Of a stretch of DNA of 64,000 bases, positions 1-21,810 are shown piece by piece (position 1 is the stretch's first letter; each line of letters starts with the position of its first letter). The translations under genes were made by a program, and so were the position numbers. The notes under the pieces are model-generated. The model was given only the letters and a program-made list of their open reading frames with translations, did no database searches and was not told the origin of the DNA. Source of the stretch: the human T2T-CHM13v2.0 reference genome, Homo sapiens; NCBI RefSeq assembly GCF_009914755.1, contig NC_060926.1. One strand, written 5' to 3'.

Positions 1-130
1 CTAACCTGTCACCAGCTGAGTTTTCTGTTAAGAAGTGATAGATTCTTACCAGGAGAAAAAGAGAGCCGTCTCCACAGGCGTGAGTCAGAGTAATGACAGA
101 AGAGAACAAGAGAAAATTTCTTCTCGTTGA

Positions 131-537
<407 letters not shown>

Positions 538-693
538 CGGAATGCTCTACATTTTCAAGGTTGAAATCTCTTGTGATTACCAAACTAAAACTCAGAGGAA
601 ACAGACACTGAAATACATTCCTGATTGGAGAACAAAACTATCCAACCTCATAGAGAAGGGAATTTGACACTAAGTAATAGAACTACAAGTGCA

Positions 694-2040
<1,347 letters not shown>

Positions 2041-2059
2041 TTACACTTTGTTTAGTTGG

Positions 2060-2516
2060 TGTTGTGGGTTGTGTTCCCTAAAAATATATACTCAAGTCCT
2101 AACGCCTGGTACCCATGCTTGTGACTTGACTTGGAAATAGGATCCTTGTTGAAGTGGATTGGAGTGGGCTGTAAACCAATGGCTGGTGTCTTTATAAGAG
2201 GAGGGAAATTTGGATACACAGACACAGACACAGACGCAGACACAGACACAGAGAAAGGAGAATGCTATGTGAAGACATTGGAAGAGCTTGGGGTGAGGCA
2301 TCTGCCAGCCAAGGAGTGCCAAGGGTGCCAGCCACCACCAGAAGCCAGAGAGAGGCGGGGAGCAGCTTCTCCCCACAGCTCTGAGAGGGAGTGTGGTCCT
2401 GACGATGTCTTGCTTTGGCACTTCTGGTCTCCAGAACTGCAAGAGGGCAAATTTTTGTTGTTTAAAAGCCACCCAGTTTGTGGTGCTTTGTTCCAGCGGC
2501 CCTAGCAACCAAGACA
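2060..2516 (+). mobile_element. MLT1-family (MaLR) solo LTR with internal (GACACA)n
   Basis: MLT1 motifs: caagtcctaac, cttggaaatagg, ccagccaccaccagaagccagagagagg, ttctggtctccagaactgcaag, tttaaaagccacccagtttgtgg. Confidence 0.8.
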
Positions 2517-2659
2517 ATAGATTTACTGTTGATTATGGCACAGGTGGAGTCATTCTGAAATTGTTCTGTGTGCATTTGTAGAATAGAGCAATGTCTCACA
2601 ACATACTGATGTTGAGGACCTGGTTCTCACTGTTAGAAAAGCAACATGTACGAAAAAAA

Positions 2660-3203
2660 ATACTTGCACACCCATGTTTATAGCAGCACAATTCGCAATT
2701 GGAAAAAACTCAAATGCCCATCAATCAACTAGTGGATAAACTGTGATATCCATATATATATATTCTATATATATCTATATGCAATATAGATATATGCAGT
2801 ATATATCTGATATATATATATATATGCACACAATGGAATAGTACTCAGCCATAAAAAGGAATGAATTAATGGCATTCGCAGCTACCTAGATAAGATTGGA
2901 GACAGTATTCTAAGTGAAGTAACTCAGGAATGGAAAACCAAATATTGTATGTTCTCACTCATAAATGGGAGCTAAGCTATGAGGATACAAAGACGTAAGA
3001 ATGACACAGTGGACTTTGGGGACTTGGGGGGAAGGTTGGGAAGGGGGTGAGGGATAAAAGATTACAAATTGGGTGCAGTGTATACTGCTCGGCTGATAGA
3101 TGTACCAAAATCTCACAAATCACCACTAAAGAACTTACTCATATAACAAAACACCACCTGTTTCCCAATAACCTATGGAAATAAAAAATTTTCAAAAAAA
3201 GAA
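2660..3203 (+). mobile_element. L1PB-type 3' end with poly(A)
   Basis: L1PB 3'UTR (ctaagctatgaggatacaaag...aaaatctcacaaatcaccactaaagaacttactcat...cctatggaaataaaaaa). Confidence 0.85.
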
Positions 3204-4105
3204 AAGTGAGATATAGAATCAGGGAGTAACCATCACTGTATTGGATTGGAATTAGGGTATTCATGTGAACTCACACGCACACATACATGGGCACAATTTC
3301 CTAGCTCTGACTGCTGAATAGTCCTAGAAGCAGTGACCTACCAGTAGTAACGAGCACATCTAATGCCCAGATCTTGGTTTCTAAACAGCATTCTCCACTA
3401 AATGGAGCTAGGGCTCCTTGGAAAAATGGCTGATTCCATGTCTGAGATACAGAAAGCATAGGAAAGCATGCTGTGTCTGAAAGCAAGGAAGTGAAGGAAG
3501 TATTCAAAGACAGCTGGGAAGATATCAAGGGACAGTATAGCCAGCTGGGAGGGGCTCCTATGTGACAGTTTGAGCCTCAGAAGGAATATGACAATCATGG
3601 ATTAAAACACATTGAATTAAAAATACAATGACCATGAGTCCATAGTCATACTCGAAAACAAAAGAAAACAAACCAAAAAACAAAGGAAGGGTCTTCTTCA
3701 CAGAAGAAAATCAACTAATGTAAGTATGAGGAGTGCTAGAACATTCCCATTTTGCAAAAATGTAATAGTTGGTTCAGGAAAGATTGATAATGGATGTTAA
3801 AAGCCATGGTTGAAAGGCTAATAGGAAAGAGTATATTGAAGTGATCTCAAACCATCACTCTACAGATAACTTATTAGTAGCAAAAGGAAAAATTGTACCT
3901 TTACTTTGGAGCAATCTGGCAACTTCCAAATTAACCAAATGATCAAATGTAGCATCAAAAATAATGGGCCAAGCTGACATGAATGCCTTTAGATGGGCTG
4001 CAGCTTGAAGTACACATCACCCGGATGCAGTCTCGCTGAAAATGTTTAACCTGAATCCAATCAAGTGCGTAGACCCAACTCCCAGTTTGAAGGAGACACA
4101 GGGAG

Positions 4106-4491
4106 TGATGTGATCTGGCTCTGTGTCCTCACCCAAATCTCATCTCTAATTGTATTCCCCACACGTTGAGGGAGGGACCTGCAAACTCTACCTGTTGAGG
4201 GAGGGACGTGATCAGATTATGGGGGCGATTTCCCCCATGCTGTTCTTATGATAATGAGTGAATTTTCACGAGATCTGGTGATTTTATAAATGGTAGTTTT
4301 TCCTGAACTCTCACACACTCTCCCTCACCTGCTGCCATGTGAGATGTGTCTGCTTCGCCTTCTGCCATAATTGTAAGTTTCCTGAGGCCTCCTCAGCCAC
4401 GTAGAACTGTGGGTCAACTAAATCTCTTTCCTTTATAAATTACCCAGTCTCGAGTAGTATCTTTATAGCAGTGTGAGAACAGACTAATACA
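4106..4491 (+). mobile_element. THE1D-like solo LTR (ERVL-MaLR)
   Basis: TG...CA ends (tgatgtgatctggctctgtgtc ... agactaataca); near-TSD gggag/gggaa; internal duplication of gttgagggagggac. Confidence 0.85.
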
Positions 4492-4893
4492 GGGAATAAA
4501 GGAACAAGTTAATACACTAAGAAGCAGACAAATTCACAATGGGGCCATTCTACAAGATAAGAGGCCTGTATTTTTAAAGAGTCAGTCACAGAAAAAGAAA
4601 GATGAAGAGACCTTTTTTGATTACAGGAATCTAAAGACAGCAAACCAACAAATGCAGTGATTGAAACTTGACTAGATCTTTTAAAAAAACGTATTGACAC
4701 ATACTTATAGGGTACATGTGATATTTTGTTACCTATGTAGAATGTGTAATTACAGCCAGGGCATTTAGAGTTTCATTCAATCTTTTTAATACGGCCCAAG
4801 TGGCATGATTAAATTTTGATTCACAAATACCAGCTGTGAAAGACATTTTGAGGACAATTGGGGGCCATGGGGTCATTTGAATATAGCCTGGAG

Positions 4894-4938
<45 letters not shown>

Positions 4939-5101
4939 ATTATTATTAGTTTTTTGAGACAGAGTCTCACTCTGTCATCCAGGCTGGAGTGCAGCGCGAA
5001 ATGTTGGCTCACTGCAACCCCCGCCTTCTGGGTTAAAGTGATTCTCCTGCCTCAGACAATCCCAGAGTAGCTGAGATTACAGGCGCCCGCCACCATGCTT
5101 G
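4894..5101 (-). mobile_element. (TG)n microsatellite plus single Alu right arm
   Basis: ~20 TG units at 4894-4933, Alu right monomer at 4947-5101. Confidence 0.85.
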
Positions 5102-5484
5102 ACAAGTCTGGATATTAAATATAGAATGATTGTTAATTTTCTTAAGTGTGATAATGGCACTGTGGTTATATAGAAGGATGTCTTTATTCTTAAAAGCTGT
5201 ATGCTGGGTATTTAGGGGTGAAGAATAATGATGTCTGCAATTTAGTTTCACACAGTTTAGGGGAAATAAAGGAGGGAGAAAGAGAAAAGAGAGAGAATGC
5301 CAACATGCGAGGAGTTAATAGATTTTTGACTCTAGATTGAGGCCATATGGGAGCTTATTGTGCTATTCTTTTGATTTTTCTGCATGTTTAAAATTTTTTC
5401 TTTTTAAAAAGTTGGAGGTAAGGGAAAACAAGTATTTACAGAAGCAGTACTTTGATTGAAAGAAATGGATTAACAATCAAGTTT

Positions 5485-5820
<336 letters not shown>

Positions 5821-6227
5821 TCAGATGTTCGGCATGAAATGTTGAGGTTGGGATGTCGCAGAGGCCAAGGGAAGGAAGAGAACTTTGCTGATCACTGCCC
5901 AGCCTGGGAGCTCTGCGGAGCCAGGACCTGCCTGAATGTGAGCCCCACGAAGGCGGAGCTCTTGGTCCCTTTTGTTCACTGCTAAATCCCCAGTACCTAA
6001 AACAAAGCCTGGATCATAGTGGGCACTCTGTAAACATTTGTCATCTGACTCAATGAACTGCAAATAGCTCAGTGATAGTAATAAACATCTTTGTCTGATT
6101 TCTGAGTATCTTCTCAGGATAGACTCTGGGTCAAAGATTAGGAATATCTTTACTGCTTTTCACATATATTATGGAATTACAAAAGATTATACTGGTTTAT
6201 ACTCAGCTAGTGTGTTTCTCTGCACTC

Positions 6228-6894
<667 letters not shown>

Positions 6895-9370
6895 TGAAAA
6901 ATGTTGTCATTATAGTTTACATTTCTTTCTTTACTAGTGAAGTTTATTTTTTTGGTTAATTGTGTTTTTATATTCTTTCTTTATGAATGATCTCTTCATG
7001 AGTTTTGCTGGTTTTAATTTCAGCAATGCTTGTGTTTCTCTAACTGATTTGTGAATACAGCCTGCGGTGTTATTGGTATGAGGATATGTATATGTTTTAA
7101 CAAGGGCCGCTTTGTGGAAAAGGAACTTCTTTCTAAAGGATTTGTAGATCAAATATCAGTGATAGGCTGATAGGTGCTGAGTGTGGCAGTGGGACCCCCC
7201 ACCCCCAAATCCCAACCCCCCTTTGCCCCTGGACTGTGTGATGGGTGTTTTGACTCTCCGTCACTCTCACTGACCCAGGAGACCAGGATCTGGGGCAGAG
7301 AGGAGCCTCCCAGGGCCTTTGGTCCACCCCTGCCTTCAGGCAGGCAAGACAGCAGTGTTCTGATTTTCCAGAAAAGGCTACCAAAGGGCAAAGCTTCCTC
7401 TTGGGCCTTGGGCATACCCCATTCCAGGTGCACATGGACTGGGTGGGAGCAAGAAGGCTCCTCAGTCCTGAACAGTTGCTGTGACTTCAGGTCACTTCCA
7501 GGAGGTCCCCTCACCACTGCCTGTCTCTCAACCCCTGTCTGAGAGTTTGATCTGAAACCCTCCAAGCCAGACTTGCCTTGTCTGTGTCTTTTTCGCTAAC
7601 ATATGGTTGACTTCACCACATGCTTCAGAAAAAAAACATGGAAGGGGAACAGCTGATGAATGTACATTAACTGCCAACCGCTCAGTAATTTATTTATTCA
7701 ATGCGTGGCTATTAAGCATCCAGTATCTCCAAGCCCTGACAGATGATCAGGCCTCAGACCCAGCGGCGTCCGGCATGCGGCTGGCTGTTCCTGACTTGAA
7801 GCAATCAGTGGGCTGCCTTAGAGGCCGGCACCTTCAGCTTTTTGCTAGGAAAGGTGTGAAGACAACCAGTGCCACTGCCCCATTTTGTGAGTGTGGCACT
7901 CACCGGAACAACAGCTCCCAGATGGACAGACACCAGGACCATTCTGCCTTTAGCCTCTCTGGTGGCCACGCGCTACCTCGATGTCTAGGGCTTTTCAGAT
8001 GTGCATCATCCCTGGCACCTCCTGAGGTCCCCTTTCCATATCACTCCTCCCTCTGTAAAGCGAGCCACCTGTCATTTGATGTTCTGCCTTGAACTCGGAT
8101 CCAGCCATCCCACTGATGCTGCGCACCCACAGATTCTTAGCTGTCTCCCCAGTCCAAGGCACGACAACCTTCTCTCTGCAGACACGTGAATTTGCAACCT
8201 GGGAAGACCTGAGTCTTGGCAGAGTAATTAAACTTGGCAAAAATGGAGCATGCTATTATTCTACACTGTGGAGTCGAGGTCCTAATTTGGAGGTTTTACA
8301 ATTGCGTGACCGGCAGTGTCAGGCTTTAGGGGCCGCCAGCGCCAATTACCCATGTCAGAGACAGAAAGGGAATCAGAGATGTTTCACACTTCCTTTTAGG
8401 GCTTGGCTGCACCTAGGAACCGCCAGGATTCCTCAGTGCACATCGCTTGCTCTTTTTTGTCTCTGCAGTCTGAAACCCCTCCCCATTCCTCCTGTGCAAA
8501 AGAAATCCCAACATGTTGTTTAGGAGCAAAACCAGTAATTTCTCCCATGGGTTCTTGTACTGCATGCAGAATGACATGCTCAATGGTACTGCTATAGTCA
8601 ATGTAACAGGGAATTTTGAGTGGCAGGTTTATTTTTTTTTTATAGCATTTCTTAACATAAGCCAGGGGCATGCTATCAAAATACAGCTCAGTGGAGACGT
8701 TTCTGCCACAGTTGAAGGGCAAAGGGAAAGTACAAAATGGTGAAGTCCAAGCACACAGCCCTAGGAAGGCGTGGTGTGGTCCAGGGATAAAACGCAGATC
8801 ATCAAAAGGATAAATGGGCTGTAAAGCCTTCAAGCCGTCTTAGCAGGGCTCTGTTGGAGACGGGGTGAGGGTCATGCCTCAGGCAGAGACCTGGTATGTA
8901 CTCGCCCTGCATGGTGACTCAGGCGGATCTTCAGATATAAAGCCTGAGTAATATCAGTGGGAACTGGGAATATGGATATAAATTCCAAGGACAATACTTA
9001 AGAATCATTTTGATGCAAGAATTGTAGAGGAAATTCAGACTCCAACAGATATCTATAGAGCACCTACGTGGCAAGAACCATTTTAAATGCGTTCTTTCAT
9101 TGATTTCTCCTGGCAACCTTGTAGAGTTAGGATAATACTTAGGAAGTTGAGGAACTTTTTGGCTCATTGCCATTCACTTCATTTTCTTGAACATTGTTTT
9201 CTCTACCAGTAGATGTGAGTTCCAGGATTTCTGGAAGATGATCTATAAGAGCAGCAAGTGCCTTTTAATAGAGATATTGATTATCCTAACAGTGATTACT
9301 ACATTTTTCTCATCTTAGATCTGTTTAACTCCACATATCAATTTCTACATGGAAGTGTTATTATTTACTA

Positions 9371-10126
<756 letters not shown>

Positions 10127-11193
10127 AAAGTGACCAGTGTGTCTGCCTGTTGATATTGTTCAGTTTTAATAAATGAGACAGCTACTCCTACACAACCAAC
10201 ATGCTCAAAAAATAAAAAAAAAAGCCAGAAGATAGTTGACTTACATTCTTTTTTTTTTTAAAAAAAAAAGAAAAAGTTTAACATACATTGTTGATGACAC
10301 TGATATACATTCCTTTATGAAAATTAGGAAATGGGATCAAAATCTTCTGTATCCTGGCTGCCTGCCTAGGGGGAGATCTGCCCAGAGCCGGGGTCTTCTC
10401 CCAGAAAAGCAGTTCTGGTGCTCCAGGATGTATGCGGTTTCTTCTATGGAGCATAACTGAGGTGACTGGGGCCCGGGAGCGTTTTCCAGGAGGAACGCAG
10501 AGGGGCCACAAAACTAAGGTCCAGGAATAGGCCCCTGGAACACCAGCTTTGGTGCACTGGAGCTTCCTGGGAAGCTGCCGGGGAAGCGGTGGCTAAATGT
10601 CTCCTTGAGCCACCAGATAAGACATTTTCTGATAGAAACCGGCACTCAGGACAGTGGAGGTGATTGATAAGTATTTGTTAAATGAATGAACTCATAAATG
10701 AATGACACCTCAAGTTTGCAGGGGTGAAGCATTTGCCAAAAATAACAATTTTTGTTTTAGAGCCACTAACTATAAAAAAATCCTTTCTTCCTATTGGCGT
10801 GAGGATAACAGAGCCGAATGTCTACCGAGGGAGCTGTGTTGAGAGTCAGGGCTGCAGTGTCAGGCAGTTCAGGGTGTGCACTGTCCAACTACGGGGGTAT
10901 CTTTTACATAGATGACCCTGTGAATGGAGCCCTCTCAAGCTGGGCCCTGGAATCACACCCTTGACTTAAAGGAGGGTGCTTTATTCTATTCTCTCTGACA
11001 GGGGAGGTGGGTATCCAGGCTTTCATTCATTCATTAACTGTCTTAGGCCTGGGGATATGACAGTGAATAAGATACCAGCCCAGCCCTGGAGTTATTGTCT
11101 AATAGAAAAGATGGATAAGTTGCCAGAAAATGACATTTTAATCTAGGTGATGAGATATTGTAGGATGCTGTGGGAGCTTAAGAGAGGAGTTCC

Positions 11194-11689
<496 letters not shown>

Positions 11690-11699
11690 TCACGCACGT

Positions 11700-11870
11700 T
11701 GGGGGCCGATCACTGTTCTCAGCACTTTACGGATAACAGCTTACTTTTTCTTCGTAATACGCCTATTCATATTCTAACTCTCCCCAACTTAAGATGAGGA
11801 CACTGAGGCAGAGAAAGCCGAAATAACCTGCCTAAGGTCAAGTCTGGGAGTCTCCCTCCAGAGCTTGCAG
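11700..11870 (-). mobile_element. MIR fragment
   Basis: MIR core-like agatgaggacactgaggcagaga...aacctgcctaaggtca. Confidence 0.6.
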
Positions 11871-12258
11871 TCTTTTTTCCTTCAAGATATTAATTGTTTT
11901 TTACATTTTAAAAGAATACTGAAAATTGCAAGTAAAGTACAGTACAAATAACTTTTTAGAAACTTTTCCTGAGCCGTTGGAGGGTCAGCTGCCGACCTGA
12001 CATCCCATCATCCCCAAATACTTCAGTGTGTATTTTCTAGACCAAGACTAGCTCCTATATAACCCAAACACAACCATCAAAACCAGGAAGTCAGCTTTGA
12101 AATAGTATCACCAATGACCCTCAGACTCCATTCAGCTTTTTGCTATTGTCTGCTATGATGTCCTTTAGAGTAAAAAGACCCAGTCTAGGATCATCATGGC
12201 AGCCTGCTGATCAGCTCTTTGCTGTCCTTAAACTGGGAGCAGTTCTTCAGTCTTTGCT

Positions 12259-12567
12259 TGTTTTTGTTTGTTGGCTGGTTGGTTTGTTTTTGAGACAGAA
12301 TCTCGCTCTGTTGCCCAGGCTGGAGTGCAGTGGTGCGATCTCACCGCAGCCTCCACCTTCTGAGTTCAAGCAATTCTTGTGCCTCAGCCTCCCGAGTAGC
12401 TGGGATTACAGGCATGTGCCACCACATCTGGCTAATTTTTGTACTTGTAGTAGAGACGGGGTTTCACCATGTTGGCCAGGCTGGTCCTGAACTCCTGACC
12501 TCAAGTGATCCACTCGCCTCGGCCTCCCACAGTGCTGGGATTATAGGCGTGAGCCACCAAGCAGGAC
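12259..12567 (-). mobile_element. AluS
   Basis: Reverse-strand dimer with GTTT-degenerate tail. Confidence 0.9.
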
Positions 12568-13235
12568 CTTTGCTTGGTTTTGTGACTCTGACACTCGTGA
12601 AGATTTCAGACCAATATATTTTGCAGAATGTTTCTCAATTGGGACTTCTCTGGTGTTTTCTAATATTAGATGAAGGGTTTGCATCTTGGGCTGGCTACCT
12701 TGTTAGTTTGGCGTGTTTTTGAATTTTGCAGAAATGAAACTGTATTGTACATATCCTTCCTCAATCTCCCCCAAACGTGACTGCAGTTTAGCATGTGCTT
12801 GTATGTGCTGGACCCTGTCTACTGTGTTTGCTGGTTTCAGACGCCGCTCCTTTCCTTGTAAATATGAGGTAATTGAGGCTTGAGGAGAGCAAAGATTTAT
12901 TTACCCGAGGCCACATGCTGCTATAAAGAGGATCCAGGGCTCAACCACTCTGAGTGGTTGTCCCTGAAGGGACCTGGCTGGGCCCTGCTAAGGTCAGAAC
13001 AGGTGGGGTTTTGAGAGAATTTGAGAGAAACAAGCTTATGGGTCCATCAGTCCCTGCTTTCACCACCTCCCCAGAGCCAGCCCATAAGGTAAACATCTTA
13101 CATTAAGAATTCAAAAGAATTAGAAAAAGATTTGGCTGCAATATAAGATTGTGACTAACAGAAGAAACAGTTAACTAATATTATCCATAAAGTATTGATA
13201 GAACCAATAAAATAGGAGTTTAAGAACCAGAATTA

Positions 13236-13528
13236 GGCTGGGCACAGTGGCTCACACCTGTAATCCCAGCACTTTGGGAGGCCGAGGTGGGCGGATACCT
13301 GAGGTCAGGAGTTCGAGACCAGCCTGGCCAACATGGCGAAACTCCGTCTCTACTAAAAATACGAAAAGTAGCTGGGGATGATGGCAGGTGCCTGTAATCC
13401 CAGCTACTTGGGAGGCTGAGGCAGGAGAATTGCTCAATCGCTCAAACCCAGGAGGTGGAGGTTGCAGTGAGCTGAGATGCTGAGATTGTGCCACTGCACT
13501 CCAGTCTGGGCGACAGAGCAAGACTCCA

Positions 13529-13559
<31 letters not shown>
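13236..13559 (+). mobile_element. AluS with two small internal duplications
   Basis: tgctcaatcgctcaa and gctgagatgctgagat; ~27-A tail. Confidence 0.92.
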
Positions 13560-13561
<2 letters not shown>

Positions 13562-13923
13562 AGGTTACTGAAAAGTTACAGTTATAAACAGTCAAGTAAA
13601 CAAAATAAAAGCGCATAAGAAGGACAATGGCTAAAAAGAAATAGGAAATAAAACAGTAAATCCAAGACCAACCCTGCCCCAGAAGCTTAGGAATTTAAAT
13701 AGGAAGATAAAAAGAGAATTAAAGGGGGAAAAAAGATTTGGCATTAAGAATTAAAGCCAGAAGTGCTGAATTTTAATAGTGGTAATTATGATAAAGCTAA
13801 AACACAAAGGGAGAACATTTAAAAGGTGATTAAAATAGAAAATAAGAAGGAAGGTAAAAGGGCAAAGTAAGGAAGATTGAAAATTAAAAGAATAAGTACG
13901 ATAAGCTAGAATAACCAAAATAA

Positions 13924-14383
<460 letters not shown>

Positions 14384-16330
14384 TAATATTAATGTTAAAT
14401 GTGAAAGTAGTCATAAGTCCCAGAGACAGTCCATGTGATCCCATAAGATCTGAGTCACATGCAAGTTTCTGCACCTGTCTGGTCACCTCTGGGTGTGGGC
14501 CTCTGCCCAGGAGGGGAGGGAGAGCTGGGACTGTGTCCTCCTCCAGTGTCACACCTAGAACCACCTGCCCTGCAGCCCAGTCATCTCTCCATGGAGAGGT
14601 GTGGGATATGCCCCTTCAACTTCTCAAAGGGGAAAAACATTTAGAACTGCTGAAAATAAGATAGAGCTGTCAAAAGTATATGAAATTAGCTGCATAAACT
14701 GTGAAACATAAGTCACAGTTATATTTGTTCTGAGACAGTGTAAAAATAGAAACGGTTTCACAGATAGAAAATTCAAACCTCTCTTCAGTCACCGTGTCCA
14801 AGTAGCCTGAGATCCTTCCGATGCTCTAGTGTCCTTTGTTTTGCAGAACTAGGAGGCCAGTGATGGGACCTCAGCTAGCACCCAAGCGAGGGATGCCAGA
14901 GAGGAAACTAATTTATGATGCTCCATTTGTATTTTTATTGCTGAGGGTACTTGGTCTCCTATATTACTAGGGGAGGTGGAGAAATGGGTTATCACCAAAA
15001 GGCAGCCGGGCAGGAAAACCCCTCTGAGGTAGAGATACTGTACTTCTGCTAGAGCTGCACGGAGTGTTCATCTATCCTGGTGACATTGTGACCTCTTTGC
15101 AAGAGCCTTGGTCTGCACAGTCCCAGGATACTTCTGGACCAGTCTGCACAGGTGTATCTTCAAGAGGTCAGTGGTTGAGCTCCTAGATCTCAGCTTCTGC
15201 CCGGGAGTCGGCATGCATGCATTTACTCATTCATCAATCATTTGCAAGTATTGAGGCCTTCTGGTGTGTTGCACTGTGCCAATTGCTCAGGAAGCAACAA
15301 AACTTGGCATGGTCCTATGTTTGAGGAGCTTAATGCTACCTGGGCCACCATGGTCAATGGTAAGAGCTGATGATTCTGCCAACCTCCCGGAAAAGGAGAC
15401 TGGAACTGGGTGGGCAAGACTGAAGGGTCTCTATACTCAAGCTCCTGTCTTTTTGTATTTTAAAAAACAAGCTTTAAAAAAATAAACATATTAAAAATTA
15501 AAGTTTTCATTATGGAAAATTTCAAACATATACTGAAATAGACAGAAAAGTATAATTAATTCCCCCAATATTCATCACCCAGCTTCAAGAGTTCTCATCT
15601 CACGGCCAGTCTTTCTTCTCCACTCCCACCCACTCCTCCCCAGGCCTGGATTATTTTGAAGCAAATCCCAGACGTCATATCACTTCATCCAAAATATTTC
15701 AGACTGTATTTCTAAAAGATATTGAGGTTAAATATAGGTTAAAAATAACTACAATACCATTAGCATGCCTAAAGAGATTATCAATAATCTCTTAACATGA
15801 TCAAATATTGGCTCAAACACCCCCTCCCCACAGTGTGTTTTAAAAGAGATTCAGATAGAGTCTGTATAATGCAATCCATTGATATTTCTTCAGTCTCTTT
15901 TAATTGCTTCCTTTCTTTCTTGTTTTTCTCTTTGCAGTTTTCCCCTTGAGAAATTGGGGCATTTATCCTGTTTGGATTTTATGACTGTGCCTGCATGGTG
16001 TTGTTTAACCTGTTCCTCTCTCCCCGGTGTTTCCTGTAAATTCCTGGTTAGAGCTGCAGGCTTGATTAGAGTCGGGCCACGTTTCTTCAGTTCCTGTTTT
16101 ACCCAGTGCTTGTCCCTGTGTTTAGACACTCTCACAGAACAACCCAAGCTAGCTTCAATAAACACCTGACAAGCTGCCCCAGGCTTACTGAACATGCAAC
16201 TTGTACATTTTCATAGAAATACATACAAGGAACAGTGTGGAAATGGGACATTGCCCAGCATCAGCACTTGAAGACTCGCCATGCTGTACATGAGCCATTG
16301 GTGGCAATGGGCGATTCCACAGCAATGACC

Positions 16331-16627
<297 letters not shown>

Positions 16628-17347
16628 TAACAATGGCCATTTTTTAGGTGGATCCATGGATGATAGTCACAATGTTTAACAACCAGGTATGGCACCAACC
16701 AGCTACAGCAGAGCTGTTAACACTTAGTGTGGCTGTCCCAGGCTGTCCCTGCTGAGTGTTGGCCTTGGAGGTGACTCCCACGTTTAATGCAGGCTGAGCA
16801 TTCTTGGAGCGATGCACTTTTGCAATTCCCTCTGGCCATTGCCAGGAACAGAGGAAGGCCAGTGGGCTAATGTTTTAACAAGGCTGATGCTTTCTTAGTT
16901 TATCCAGAAAAATGGCCCCACATATTTTAGATGTAGCTTAATTTTGTATGCTAAATATCAACTTATAAAAGCACATATTAAGGTTTTTTTCTTATACATA
17001 TATTTAGCAATGTGGCACTTTTGTGATATGAAATGATTTCTGGGACTAGAACCCTGATTCATGACCTTGTGCCTGTAGGAATAAAGTCCCAACACAATAC
17101 CTGAACTTGAGAGGACCCCAAGGGACTGAGTCAGTGACGTACTGGGGGCTTTGGACTTTGCCTCCTGTGGGCAGATTCACAGGAACACCCTCCTTCTCAT
17201 AGCCGTGATTACCCTGGCCATACCTCACAGGCAGCCTGGAAAGGGGAGGTCATGGGTGTGGAGTCAGAGGCCCTGGGTTCACTGTCTGGCTGTCTCACTA
17301 GGTAGCTGTGCAGCCTTAAGGCTAGGCACCAAACTGTATTGAGTCTA

Positions 17348-17640
<293 letters not shown>

Positions 17641-18205
17641 TGTGGGGATAATGGCCAGAGAATTTAATGAGACAGTGAGTGTAAAGGTGCTTGACATATG
17701 TAAGTTGGCTTCCTGTGCCCCTCTTTACAGAACACCTTTCTGCAATGATTGTGCTTTCCTCCTGCCGTGCTGCCCAGCTCACCATGACTCACTGCTGGTT
17801 GGTATACCAAAGAGGACTTGCAAAGCAGCCTTGGATGAACTCTGTGAGGATGGGCACTGACTACCAAGAACATCCCATGTCCCACATCAGCACCATCCCA
17901 CATCTTGAAAACTGAAGAACTGATTCTTGGGTCCATTCTGGGCTTCTGAAGGCTCTAAATCATTAATCTACTGCCTCTAGCCCCCACCGTTCTTATCTCC
18001 ATTCTCTGCTCTTACCTCACCCAAGTCCCTTTCGGCATTCTCTTGTGTGTGAGACTCAGACTCTAACTACACTATATATGTTTGGGGTTGCCTGGCTCGC
18101 CTTCACATATTTAAAACTTCTCCCAAGCACAGCTCCCACTGATGAGGTGGGAATGGCCCCATTAATCCTGCTGCCTGCTCTTTTAGCTGTTTGAGCCAGA
18201 GATAA

Positions 18206-18505
<300 letters not shown>

Positions 18506-18879
18506 CAACCAGATTATTTCCTTAGAAATTCCTTTTCTCTAAGAGACACAAAAAAGAGTCCCCAGTGGCTGTGTGGCCAGCTGAGATGAATGGTCACTGT
18601 GGCAATGACTGCCATTTATGTCAAGTGCAAGCTGAAAAGCAGAGAAGCAGGACAACAGAGCAGTCCGCAGAGAGAAACAGGGAGGAGGGGGCCTCATGGC
18701 CCCCAAGAAAAGGATAAAGCGGCTCTGGTTTTTGATGGCTTCTTCATTCTTATAAAGATGGAAAGATGGGCTTCATCTCTTCTACCTGGAGTCTCCAGGA
18801 TCCAGCATCCTTACAATATCCCTCTTTTACTTGAGCAAATTCGGGTAGGCTTCTGATCTTTGTCATCAAAGCAGCCTTG

Positions 18880-21810
<2,931 letters not shown>

